This document shows positions 12,640-24,404 of a stretch of DNA of 64,000 nt, piece by piece; positions within the stretch are counted from its first letter, which is position 1, and the number at the start of each line of letters is the position of its first letter. The stretch lies in contig NC_042999.1 in NCBI RefSeq assembly GCF_006345805.1, forward strand, positions 89,094,001-89,158,000, written 5' to 3'. The translations under genes were made by a program, and so were the position numbers. The DNA is from Octopus sinensis (lineage: Eukaryota). The notes beneath the pieces were generated by a model. It saw nothing but the letters and a program-made list of their open reading frames with translations, did no database searches and had not been told where the DNA came from.

Positions 12640-12770
12640 TTGAACAAATGCATGGTGAGCCACACGTCAGATATCGAAATGATTGCAATGCAACATGAAA
12701 CGAAGTGTTTTGCTCAAGAACACAACGCACCGCCCTTTACAGAAATCGAAACCACGAGAGAAAGAGGAAG
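12640..12770 (-). mobile_element. SINE family C 5' fragment
   Basis: GAAGTGTTTTGCTCAAGAACACAACGCACC is the reverse complement of the head/central region at 21130-21170 and 39175-39200. Confidence 0.65.
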
Positions 12771-13234
12771 AAAATGGAAGTCATGAGATTTTTTCATTAA
12801 TCACTGCGATCTTTTCGACCCAGTGTGCATCAGTCTGTCACGGGTAGGATTTAGAAAAATAATTATGATGCATCATTCGGCGCAGATGTGCCTCGTCCGG
12901 TGACTTGTCAAAAGGTACTTCGTTCTTGAATCTCCGTTTCGCTTATTTCGATTAGGATACAATCTGGTGTTTGTCTGTAGCTACTCGCATACAGGAAGGA
13001 GAAAACTTGAGTTAGAATAGCCAAATTATAACTTATGTATGTATGTATGTCATTATCCAGTTTTATTTCAAGATTTCTTGCCAATAGAGGAAGAGTCGAT
13101 TTGTAATCTAGATCCAAGGCTCCTTAATGTAATTTCCACAACATCAACAGGCTATTTTTGCATGGATGTATATGTGCAGATTTGTATGTTTTATTTTATG
13201 AATGTATTCTCATGCAGATAGTTGCATGTCTTGA

Positions 13235-14095
13235 CATGCTCATATATATTTAAATGATAAACTTCTCAAAAGTTTTACAGATCTTTATAACTCCAGTAAT
13301 GGCTTGAATCTGTAGTCTTCGAATCAGCTTTCTCCTTTCTGGTTTTGAGATGCCTAGTTTTTCAAGATTGGTATTTAGGCAGTGTGTTACATATCCCAGT
13401 GCCCAAATAATCATAGATATAAACCTGAACTTGTAATATGGATAGAGTAGCAGTAGATTCCGCAATAGTTCAGAGTAGGTATTTTCTTTTTCGCTGATCT
13501 TTAGCATTATATTAACATCTGTTGGGCAGCTGATTTCCACAACTGTTTCTCTTCTCTATTCCAAATTACTGTCAGGTCTATTATGTTTACATTTTATTGA
13601 AGTTTCCACTGGGACATTCCACCAGTACTCTTTTTTATGAATGGCTATCGCTTCCACCATACTGTAAGTTCTTATTTCATTGGCCTCGGGGTTATCCCTC
13701 CGACAGATCTCATTATACAATGTCTTAGTTACAACATCATGTCTCATCGATAGATAATACCGTGATGACATTTTTGGACAACTGCTGATGATGTAGGTGA
13801 TACTTTCGGTGTTAACTCCATAAAGTCTGAATCGATATCACATTTTGCTGCTTTTCTTTTGTCATTGTCCTTTTTGTGCATCTTTGACTGATATTTCTTG
13901 TTCCTGGATTGCAAACGCATACACTTCAAAGTGGAAATTAGGAATTCGGTTGTTGGTCCATGATAGACAGCTTTGATGGTCAATGTTACTATCATCTCGG
14001 AGCTTTCTACTAACATTTCCATACGTGGTCTTCTGCTGATAAATGCTTATCCTTTCATCTGATGATACAGTGTTGCAGAGTCGTGCGACATGTAT
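13235..14095 (-). mobile_element. R4/Dong-type non-LTR retrotransposon 3' fragment (CCHC knuckle and restriction-like endonuclease)
   Basis: FEVYAFAIQEQEI, HIISSCPKMSSRYYLSMRHD, EYWWNVPVETSIKCKHNRPD, KISEKENTYSEL, IIWALGYV. Several frameshifts. Confidence 0.85.
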
Positions 14096-14944
14096 GTATA
14101 TATGTATGCATGCATGTATGTATAAAAATTGGATCCCGTGCGATTTTTGTCTTATAAATTTCACTGACAACGCTTTGTTATACATTAGGCTATGACAAAA
14201 GTCATTTGCCTCGGTGTCTTAAAATGGAATATAACCTGGAACCACGACATTGCGAAGCGGACTTTCTCACCATGCTATGTTTGCGTAAATTGTTGAAATT
14301 ACGAATGGAAACATGAATATAGGCTGATGCATGTATACTACGTATCTACAAGAATTATTTTCGGTATACTAACTTGATATACTAAGTTTCTTATTTAGCT
14401 TAATCTATGATTGTCATACCAAACTACAAAACATCCTAATCGAGCGCAGTCGAATCACATGCAGTTTATTGTCATAAAAATAAAAGTAATTTGTCCTATA
14501 ACAATGATAGCAAATTGAGATAGAAACCGAAAATATCGACAGCGATATCCCATAATTTCAAGTAAACAACATCTGTAACTTAACCAATGTATAGAATGTG
14601 CATGTATTTAATAGAGCATGCGAACTGTACATATATTTTGTATGAGATACAAACAGTCACACTGCTCAGTGGTGTTCGTTGCTGGTCATAGTACATTGGA
14701 ACAGTCTACCTCAGTTGCTACTTCTAAGATACTTAATATATCACTTAAATACGCGTAGGCCTATTGACGGAGCATAATAAGGGAGTTCTTTCTTTCTATG
14801 AAATTTTGGGATGCCATTGTCGTTACTTCCGATTTCTATTGAAATATATTTTCATTTTTTTTTTTGCAACTGTAAGCTGCATGTTAACCACGTGATCATT
14901 CAGACTAGAAATACTAGCTACATGTTTCGCAAATCACATAGGCC

Positions 14945-15045
14945 TGTCTTAAATAAGGAACGTTACGTATTTCTACACACCATTAATCTATGGGATGGTC
15001 ACGGTTAGAATGCTTTTGATCATAGGTTTACTCAAGGATCGGTAA
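14945..15045 (-). repeat. Dispersed repeat fragment (family also at 27420-27610 +, 32065-32225 +, 54560-54650 -)
   Basis: Shared motif AACCCCAGGTCAATCCTGA..ACCTATGATCAAA..TTCCAG.CGTGACCAT, recognised by eye; class unknown. Confidence 0.5.
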
Positions 15046-15922
15046 TAAAATTAAATTATAATTAAACAAGCATAGAGTTTATCCATTATCTACCCCATTA
15101 ATATAAGATCTAATATTCTGAGGCAATAGTAAATTCCAGTTTCGGTGTTCTCGACTGTCTTAAAGAATTTAGAATATTTGACAAAAGTATTCAACGAAGA
15201 ATGGAAACCATACTGCAGACTCTAATAAGCTTCTTAGAGCACTTTCATAATTCTTTATTTGTATCATTTCATTCAGAAGACGTGATTGATAAAAAAATTC
15301 ATTTATTTACATTTCTCTTAGGTGTGCGCATGCGTACGTGTTAAGTCAAATATGAGTGACTGAGTGATTGCACGCGCATATATTTCTCTATACAAAAATA
15401 TGTGCCTGTGAGTATGTTTATGTGAGTATGTTTATGTGAGTATGTTTAGTGTATACATTTGTGCGTGTGCGTGTGTATGTTTGTATTTGTGTTTGTGTGT
15501 AGAAGTAAGTGTGTATACTTATATACAAGTGTATAAATGTATCAATGTTTGTTGGCACCTCTGCTGTTTACTGGCTATCAATTATCTCTCATGTAAGGAA
15601 TTCGGTAAACAAGTGTGTATGTAAAGTACTAAGTTTCCAACGTGCTGTAGGTGTACACCAGTACATTCGTAGTATGGAGGCAGGTAGGCGGCATTGTGTA
15701 CGCGCACTGTGCTTGTGTAAGTGCGCGCGCGTGAATCTGTGTGTGCGCACGCGTGTGTGTTTGCACGCCGATATCAAGCGACATTTGCTTACTACAGCTT
15801 ACATCAGATGTAATTCAGAGGCCACCACTATAACAAACCACTACATTATCACCAACCATCCCGTAAGTGTGTACACGCGTCTGTATCTGTGTGTGTGTAT
15901 GTATGTATGTATATGTATGTGT

Positions 15923-16023
<101 letters not shown>

Positions 16024-16574
16024 CGTGCGTAGGAATAGATACGCGCGTGTTTCTGAATGTATTTGTGTATTTAGCACATCCTTTCAACCCATTAAATCTC
16101 ATACTGATCTCAATCATAGACCCTCAATCAAGCGCTACCTCATGATGAGAAGCTGACGCCAAACTGATGAACAGTCCGAATCTAGCTTCCGTCAGTCTAT
16201 GTATTCTCCGCAGGCAGAAATTGTATGATGAGTTTTCCTAGAGCGGCTTACATTAGTCAGACGAGAATCTCCTTCTAAATGGGAAACATTGGTCCCGCCA
16301 TTCGTCTGCCAGCTTCTTTACTTACCAGAAAGAACAGAAAATAAAATAAAATAAACGACAAATAAATAAAATAAATAAATCTCACCCCGTTCCTCGCATC
16401 ACCCAGACCATCCCATATAGGCTTGTTAATTATCTCTTAGCGTACGTTTAATTGAAATATTTCGTTCGAATTGTTTTCTGCATTTCTTTTTCACTACAGT
16501 TGACATCATTGATTATTCTGGAATTTATTTTATTTTATTTTATTTTATTTTAAATGTGCACGTGTATGTGTGTG

Positions 16575-16615
16575 AGTGCGCTTATGCAATTACATACATA
16601 CATACATACATATAT

Positions 16616-16660
<45 letters not shown>

Positions 16661-16687
16661 TATATATATACATACATATATATATAC

Positions 16688-16718
<31 letters not shown>

Positions 16719-16738
16719 CATACATATGTATATATACA

Positions 16739-16802
<64 letters not shown>

Positions 16803-16811
16803 CATACATAC

Positions 16812-16855
<44 letters not shown>

Positions 16856-16915
16856 ATACATACAGACACACACACACACACACAAATACATACAGATGCG
16901 TACGTAAGTGTGTAA

Positions 16916-16955
<40 letters not shown>
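16575..16955. repeat. Compound (TACA)n/(TA)n/(CA)n/(TG)n microsatellite
   Basis: Seen directly in the sequence. Confidence 0.95.
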
Positions 16956-16958
<3 letters not shown>

Positions 16959-17083
16959 GCGTATGTCTAAATGACTGCAAACATATATTCTAGTTTACCA
17001 GTTTCTATGTATAAATCTCTCTGTGTGTCTCTCTCTCAGTTCTATTTGCTTTTGCCTCTCTCAGCTCATTGTACGTTTATCGG

Positions 17084-17155
<72 letters not shown>

Positions 17156-17531
17156 ACGAGATCTAATTAACTACTCACCTTTCAAACTTTATTTTCTCTC
17201 CTCATTCTTTTTCTATTCTGTTTCTTTTTTTTATATATATTTTGGGATTTCCTTTAGTTTCGATTTTTCTATCTTTTGTTCATGTATTTTCTGCTTATCA
17301 TTATCTAAATATTATTTTATTACATTTCTGAATATCCATTACTGCGAACGAAGCCAAAGTAATACTTTAATATTGATTACAATTTCTACATCTAAGTATT
17401 ACTCAAAAAAAAAAAAAAAGAAGGACAGATTACATCAACACCTAGCTCTTCTTGTTTAATCCCAAGATCAATTTTGATTAAAAGTTTTCGGAACTATGAC
17501 CGCCTGTCCGCCATTTTTATCTCTATGTGTT

Positions 17532-17630
<99 letters not shown>

Positions 17631-17689
17631 TGTGTGTGTGTGTGTGTTTGTGTGAGTGTGTGTGTGGACCCTAAAGTGCTGCAATCCCA

Positions 17690-17915
17690 GAGTCACAGGG
17701 AGTGAGAGACATGGGGATCAATATGGGCAATGATGTATCAATTCATATGCACATTCCCAAGATGGCAGCAAAGTTCAAACACTTGGCAGAATGGATACTA
17801 ATGTTCTTCAAGGCAAGAAACAAAGAAGTTACGTTGACCTTGTGGAGGACCTGTGTTCTCAGCCGCCTGGACTACTGCTCTCAGCTATGGTCACCACATA
17901 GTGCCAAACAAACAG
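17690..17915 (+). mobile_element. CR1/Jockey-group LINE RT C-terminal fragment
   Basis: RDMGINMGNDVSIHMHI..WILMFF..TLWRTCVLSRLDYCSQLWSPH matches CR1-type 'RDLGV..HI..L..VRS.LEYCS..WSP'. Confidence 0.8.
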
Positions 17916-17919
17916 CGAA

Positions 17920-18318
17920 GTAATATTTATCACCACATCAATATGGCTGTTCAACGTTACTACCGTTTTAACCCCAGGCAGATCTTTCGCCAACTGGTTG
18001 CCGGAGCAACCTACACCCTGTACATATTGCAAGCAGGGGAGCGAACCCCTACTATCCTCTAGCAGACGATGGGTTCCCGAGACCGAACGGTTTCGGGCTG
18101 CTTGTGACCATCTTCAGTCGTAAACACCCGACTACTAGAAATAGACAGAAGCCGTTTGGTCTCGTGATCCCGTCGTCTGCTAGAGGATAGTAGGTGTTAG
18201 TTCCCCCGCTTGTAATATATACTGGGTGCAGGTTGCACTGGTAACCAGCTGGTGGAGGGCCTGCCTCGGTTAAAACGGTAGTAACGTCGAACAACCATAT
18301 TGATGTGGCGATAATTAC
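17920..18318. mobile_element. Fold-back element: about 172-bp inverted arms (17920-18094 / 18148-18318), 53-nt spacer, central hammerhead
   Basis: Arms align along their length at roughly 80% by eye. The element directly interrupts the CR1 fragment. No TSD found. Confidence 0.85.
18073..18125 (-). ncRNA. Type I hammerhead-like motif
   Basis: Minus strand: GTTTACGA-CTGAAGA-T-GGTC(ACAAGCA)GCCC-GAAA-CC(GTTC)GG-TC-TCGGGAAC. Core intact; helix I 8 bp with one mismatch and one wobble. Confidence 0.65.
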
Positions 18319-18344
18319 TACTTCCTATATATATGTATATTGTT

Positions 18345-18500
18345 CCTTTATGACCCCGTAACTTGGCGGTTCGGTTGAACAGACCAATAGGCAAAGTAGC
18401 AAGCTTAAAAAGAAAAAAGTTCTAATCGATTTGTTCTCCTGAAGCCCTTCAAGGATGTGCTCAGCATGGCCGCAGTCTATTGACTTAGATGTAGAAATTG
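18345..18500 (+). mobile_element. SINE family A 3' half
   Basis: CCCGTAACTTGGCGGTTCGG..CAGCATGGCCGCAGTC. Confidence 0.75.
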
Positions 18501-19519
18501 TAATCAATATTAAAGTATTACTTTGGTTTCGTTCGCAGCAATGGATATTCAGAAATGTAATAAAATTGACTGAAAGAAATAAAAGCTAATGTATTTCCAG
18601 ATATAAAGTCGGTAGATAGCAGAATTCTTAGAACGTCGAACAAAATACCACCACACCCCGGTATTTATTCCGTCTCTCTGTAAACTGGGTTCAAATCTAC
18701 GCGATCACCTTTGCATTTTATCTTACAGAAATCGGTAAAACTAAAGCACTCGTCATGTTACTGAGAAGGATCTAATTGACTACCAACTTGTGCAATGTGC
18801 AGTTACAATCGTCGCCTACTCATGGAATCCTAGTGCAGGTAGTGCAATGTACCACTGGGGTACACTGCTGTCACATAAATTTTATCTAACTGTACCACCT
18901 TACATTACCACCGACCCAACAGACACACGCGTGCGCGCAAAATTTTTCACTCGAAGCGAACCCCATTAAAAAGAGATAATGCAAAAGAAAAAGAAGATAT
19001 TTCCAGATTTATCGAATCAGATGTAGCATTAATGATATGAATTAATTTAAAATTACGAGGTAGACATTTCGTTCTAGAACAACTGTCTATAACACTTACC
19101 ACGATGACGTCACTGTCATTGACGCAGAGGTGAGATCTCAAGACAAGCTGGGGCCGTCTTGCTTCATTAATAATTTTCCATCAAATATTAAATTGGCGCC
19201 AGACGTTAGGGTATGCTGAATTGGCAACTAACTGAGTTTTGAGAAAAATCTACAAGCTTCTTAAAATGAAGATATGAATTATGTAAATGAAAGACGGCTG
19301 TAGTATAAATAAAGATGGTTTAGGCAATTATACTATTCTCATAATAGTTGATTGCAAAGAAGAAATTTTCCCTCTCTGTCAGAACCCCAATAAGCAGCAC
19401 GATTGTGTATAATCATCCGGTAGTTGTTAAGAATAAAAACTCAGATTTTTAATGTGTAACTGTGAGTACATATGAAGTGATGCTTACTCCTGTTCTTTGT
19501 ATAAATTACTCAAGTGTAA

Positions 19520-19900
19520 AAGGGCAATGCATTCCAGCATTTGGCCTCAAAAAATGGGCTGCCTCCACTCTCTACCATATTTGTAGCCTCTGATCATCAG
19601 TGCTGACAAGTCTCATGCTATCTGCATCCAGGAACACTTAACTTACTCATATTGTCTCCTCCCTTCACCCCCATAAAGTTCCCTATCCAATAAGCTTCGT
19701 ACTTGAAACAGAACTACCAATCATTCTTTCCATGAATGTCGGTTCCCTGGAATTCTCTTCTAGCCAGTGTTTACCCAGCAGCAACTTTCAGTTATTCAAA
19801 TATTTCATTAATAAATTAAATCTCTCCGATCCCGCTGGGCTAGCAAAGGACATGAGTAAAGTCCACATACACCATATTAACGAATCTCAACTAGACTAGT
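19520..19900 (-). pseudogene. Highly decayed CR1-type LINE 3' fragment
   Basis: Minus strand ends in FF..KCWNALP, similar to the CR1 terminal 'FF..RV..WN.LP' motif. Confidence 0.4.
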
Positions 19901-20089
19901 ACGATTGATGCAACTCATGTGTAGTTTCAAATTTGTAGGTCGATGTTTCAGGGAAAAATCTGAACGAGAAAGAAATCTAAAAGGAGTGTTCGTAGGAGAA
20001 AGAATTGAGTGTGTATTTAGTGTATGACTTTAGAGATGACTTAAGAATTAGAAGTGATGGGTGAAAGAAAGGTGAGTAAAAGAGGTTTT

Positions 20090-20400
20090 GATGGATTTGC
20101 TCGAAGATATCTAGCTCAGAGGAGCAAGGGCAGTTATAGTTGCAAGAAATTTTCTATCTACGGTTTAAGCTGATTGTATTATGTTGTAGCTTTACGTACT
20201 CTGGAAAGAGACTAGTACTCCAATGTGGGCCCTGACTGAGCTTTGTAAAGGTTCTTTAACTAATCCGAGATTAAGAATTTTCTGACTCCAAAAGGAATAT
20301 TTATTTTTTGGATGCAACTTGGAAATATATAGTAAGATTCTCAAGAAATGTCATCAGACCTTGTAATTTCCTAAACGTGTAGCAGCACTGAATCATTTAA
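20090..20400 (-). pseudogene. Decayed CR1/Jockey-group LINE RT fragment
   Basis: Minus strand reads LYKAQSGPTLEY (cf. LYKAQVRP.LEYCS). Confidence 0.45.
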
Positions 20401-21019
20401 ATGACTATTGATTCATTAGTTCAGATACTTCTGGCTATTACATGTCGAAACACCGGTATTCCAGAATATACTAATGAAATGAAAGCATTATGAACGATCG
20501 ACTATAATCGTTGTAAAGGAGAACCCCTTGTCCTCCTACGACGGCAACAGCGTTTATTATATTTGTATTCAAATCTACCAGACTGTATAGAAAATAAACA
20601 AGCAAGTCATAGTTTCGGACCTCACTATTCACCGTGCATATAATGGTTTATCAATAAGATTATAACCCAAAGAGTAGGGAAGCATACCGGTTGTAACTGA
20701 AATTGAATTACGAATAGACGGTGAAAAGGATCACAATTTGATAGTAAATATGAAATTAATTAAAAAATTTGAAGTCTGCGGTAGAATGTCACTTTGCAAC
20801 ATATTGGTCTCAACTTTAATCCCACTGCACAGTAACTTAGGCATGTCTTTGATGATAACCCGGTGCTAACCAATAATTTGTGAGTGGATTTTACAGGCGC
20901 AAACTTCGCTAGAGTATGTCGTATACTGTGTGTATTTATTAATGTATGTGTGTATAGACACACGCACAAACACAAACACAAACACACACACACACACACA
21001 CACACCACACACACACACA

Positions 21020-21069
<50 letters not shown>

Positions 21070-21315
21070 GGCATAGTGGTTACGGAATAGCACTCACGAT
21101 CGCGATATCGTGGTTTCAGACCCAAGACTGGGTGGTGCGTTGTGTTCTTGAGCAAAACACTTCATCTCACGTTGCTCTGCGATCACTTCCACAGCTGGCG
21201 CGTGGTACACAGTGTACCTGTTCAGGTAACTTAGATTTGATAGAAAGAGTAAGCTAATGAACAGCACGGACATTTGATCACTATAAACAAATTATTTGTG
21301 CAGGTCGTTCGGCAA
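21070..21315 (+). mobile_element. tRNA-derived SINE family C
   Basis: GGCATAGTGGTTA (A box), GTTTCAGACC (B-box-like), TGCGTTGTGTTCTTGAGCAAAACACTT; related to 39104-39430. Confidence 0.75.
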
Positions 21316-21384
21316 AAAGGCTGAACATTCAAACGTCGTCTTCGACGGGAGAATCCATTATATATATATATATATGTATCCTCT

Positions 21385-21690
21385 TTCCTCTTTTCGCCTT
21401 TTTCAAGCCTAGCCAGGCTCATGGGGCCGGTTTCCCAGTTTCTGTGGCGTATGTGTTCCCCTCAGCTGGACGGGACGCCAGTCCATCGCAGCGTTAATCA
21501 AGAAATAGGAAGAGAGAGTGAGAGAAAGTTGTGGCGAAAGAGTACAACAGGGGTCGCCACTACCCCCTGCTGGAGCCTCGTGGAGCTTTTTGAGATGTTT
21601 TCAATAAATATACACAACGTCCGGTCTGGGAATCGAAACTGTGATCCTCCGACCGCGAATCCGCAGCCATTGCGCCTCCACACACACACA
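21385..21690 (-). mobile_element. tRNA-derived SINE family D with V-domain-like core
   Basis: Minus strand CTGCGATGGACTGGCGTCCCGTCCAGCT resembles the V-SINE core; B box GTTTCGATTCC. A fragment of the same type lies at 42578-42720. Confidence 0.7.
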
Positions 21691-21934
21691 CACATATATA
21701 TTTGTTGTGTGTGAATGTATGTATGTTTTTCTGTAAAGACACATATAAGCATATATACATGCATAAATGTATGTGTGCGTGTTTGTCAAGGCTCTTAGCG
21801 TGCCGGAGAAAATGCATAGCGGCATATTTTCCGATTTTGTGTCCAAATTCCGCTTTGTATTTCATCCATTCGGTCGATAAAATAAATGCAAGTCAAGCAC
21901 TGATGTCGATGTTAATTTGTTGACAATGTCTGAT

Positions 21935-22520
21935 CTGTTAGCATTTATTTACCTGTTTGTATGTATTCCATAATCCTAAAGGATGGCAACCTTCTCTCCC
22001 TCGGTGACTGGCTCTAGATGGTTGCAGGATACCATGGGGACGGTATACGTTCCAGGGCAAGTATTGGCCAACTCGATCATGCCAGGTGTTATATTCTGTA
22101 GGGACAAGGATTGAGCAACGGCCAACAAATGTGGTCAATGCTCTCAAGTTTGTCATTGCAGCATCTACACTTTGTATCTGCCTCATTGTGTGTGATATTA
22201 GCTTGATAGCTTCGAGTGAGAAGACTCTAGTCTTGTGCTGCTAAAATGAACCCTTCTGTTTCAGCTTCCAAACTAACATTCTACAGCAACAGATGGGTTC
22301 TTCTTATATCTAAATAATCTTTCCCAGCTCGTTTGGTTGTATTGCCCAGACAAACGTTTTTCTTGCCATAGTCTTGATATTTCTTTCAAGATTTCTTGTT
22401 TGGCTTTTGTTTTACACTTTTTTCTGCTTTAGTGGGTGGTGTGTCCTCTTTATCATCATTATAATCAGAGAGGTTAAGCTCTCGTCTCTATCTATATTCC
22501 CCCTTTAAGATTGAGAGTGC
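21935..22520 (-). mobile_element. R4/Dong-type LINE fragment (late RT, CCHC knuckle, RHD)
   Basis: ETEGFILAAQD, KCRCCNDKLESIDH, TEYNTWHDRVGQYL. Paralogous to 33560-34005. Confidence 0.85.
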
Positions 22521-22524
22521 GGTT

Positions 22525-22527
22525 CAA

Positions 22528-22558
<31 letters not shown>

Positions 22559-22875
22559 TAGTTTCATTTTTATAGCGTGCTTTCACTTCACTACCAAGCG
22601 CAGCTCTGTGTGCCTTGGGTATGTGCTGTGATTTGTTGTGATGCTCTGATGGTTATTGTATGGAAAGTGCTCTGCGTAGGATGTGTGCAGTGCCTAGTAG
22701 TGCAATTTTCTGTATGTTATATGTGTTTGTAAGTCCTGGTGTTTTTGTTATGTATTTGTCTGAATATTTTTTTATCATGCCTAATGCACCTACTATGATA
22801 GGAATTGTTTCTGTTTTCAGATTCCACATTCTAGTTACCTCCATTTCCAGGTCTTTGTATTTTGAGAGTTTCTCC
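22525..22875 (-). mobile_element. 5'-truncated R4/Dong-type 3' end with (AAT)n tail
   Basis: EKLSKYKDLEMEVTRMWNLKTETIPIIVGALG..QKIALLGTAHILRRALSIQ*, about 95-nt 3' UTR, then (AAT)n at 22525-22555. (AAG)n(AAT)n at the 5' junction. Confidence 0.9.
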
Positions 22876-22909
22876 ATTTCTTCTTCTTCTTCTTCTTCTT
22901 CTTCTTCTT

Positions 22910-23001
<92 letters not shown>

Positions 23002-23014
23002 CATTATTATTATT

Positions 23015-23534
23015 GAGAAAGTAGTGCATGCCACTAAAGTGACACTGGGGTAAAATATAAGAAGCCCAGTATATCCCTCCTGGCTACCCGTCTGATAAGG
23101 GTACACCAGCCACATGCATCACAATCATATATGCGCGACATGGTGATCTCATATCAACATAAATAGCACATGATCTTGCAGGTGGGGCCCAGTTAGAATT
23201 TCCTTCTCGTCGAGTAGCCCACCCCGCTCAAAAGGTCCCTGAATACGGATTATTTAAGGATGTTGAATGAAACACCCATGTTTCCAAAGGTGAATTATCC
23301 AAAACTCTAAGAATTCCTTTCAACACACGGCTATGATGCTACCCCACTAGTTCTGCTCATGATCTGAGATGCACATATCGTCAGCCACTAAGGGACATGG
23401 TCAACAGGTTTAGGTCTGACAACTGACAAGCAAATCTGTGGTACTGAGCAGAATATTTGCTATAGCCCATCTTTTATACCAAGACAAAACAATGTACATG
23501 ATAACACTTCCAATCAGTTAAGATCAGAAGCCAT
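23015..23534 (-). mobile_element. About 550-bp non-coding element with (AAT)n tail (second copy 37393-37948, +)
   Basis: Two colinear copies in opposite orientation, both embedded in trinucleotide tracts. No ORF and no tRNA A/B boxes seen. Confidence 0.85.
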
Positions 23535-23567
23535 CATCGTCGTCGTCGTCGCCGTCGTCGCCGCCGA

Positions 23568-23702
23568 CGACGAACGGGAACGTGAAACTCCGAGTAACAG
23601 GTTTTGCTGAATTTCTGCTGCTTTTAAATAAAGCATATTACTCTACCCCTGGTATTTGAGTACTCTTTTTTCCACCTTGTCTCACATTTATGTGTTTACT
23701 CC

Positions 23703-23705
<3 letters not shown>
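23568..23705 (+). repeat. PLE-type terminal repeat fragment starting with a 5'-truncated hammerhead (second copy about 30258-30322)
   Basis: CGACGA-ACG(GGAA)CGT-GAAA-CTCCGAG-TA-ACAGG at both loci. Confidence 0.55.
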
Positions 23706-23743
<38 letters not shown>

Positions 23744-23746
23744 TAA

Positions 23747-24383
23747 CTAGCAGTATCGCCCGGCGTTGCTCGGGTTTGTAAGGGAAATAACTATATAAGC
23801 ATTTTTAGAGAGTTATAGCCAAAAAATAGCAAAAAATGCATTAAAAATGGAAAAATATGATGATAAATTTTTTTTTAAATCGTTGACTCATCGTAGACAT
23901 TTTTAGAGAGTTACTTCCTTATATAATAGCGAAAAAAATGCATTAAAATGGGAAAAAACGATGGTAATTTTTTTTTTTAAATCGTAGACTCATGTAGACG
24001 CTTTCTTAGCCATTTCTGTTTTGGTGTCTTCAAGCCATGAAGTCGTTGTTCTAAAAGAACGCTGGTCTCCTTGACAACGCATTACGACGTTGATTTCCTT
24101 ACACTCCCTTCCCCACAGGTGCAGGTGTGAGCGTGGACGCCAACTCCGCCGCCATCGACACACGAAAAATTATGCATTAAAAATGGAAAAAAAAATGATG
24201 TTAAATTATTTTTAAAATCGTAGACTCATCGTAGACGCGCGCTAATACTCAGACGGGCTCGATATGAATCCCGACTATAAGCTACCCGAATTTGGTTAAA
24301 CTGCACCGCAAAATGTGGGAGTAGTTAGGAATCTAAATCAAAGGGGACAGACACTCACACAACTACAGTTTTATATATATAGA
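23747..24383 (-). mobile_element. Non-autonomous Helitron
   Basis: Minus strand starts A|TCTATATATA and ends with hairpin CCCGAGCAACGCCGGG + CGATACTG + CTAG|T. Three internal repeats of AAAAAATGCATTAAAA..AAATCGTAGACTCATCGTAGAC. No TSD. Confidence 0.85.
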
Positions 24384-24404
24384 TATACATAGCGCAGTAG
24401 TGGT

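Noticed and set aside
12865-12902. Minus-strand CGGACGA-GGCAC(ATCT)GCGCC-GAAT hammerhead-like string
   Set aside because: Both core boxes are altered and no helix I can be formed; at most a remnant.
16140-16270. ATGATGA/CTGA boxes suggesting a C/D snoRNA
   Set aside because: No terminal stem, no properly placed 3' D box and no recognisable rRNA guide.
19078-19129. Micro-exon candidates (here, about 15798-15862, 29172-29220 and 1814-1842) with good GT donors
   Set aside because: They fall on conflicting strands, give no recognisable peptide, and such signals are expected by chance in 64 kb.
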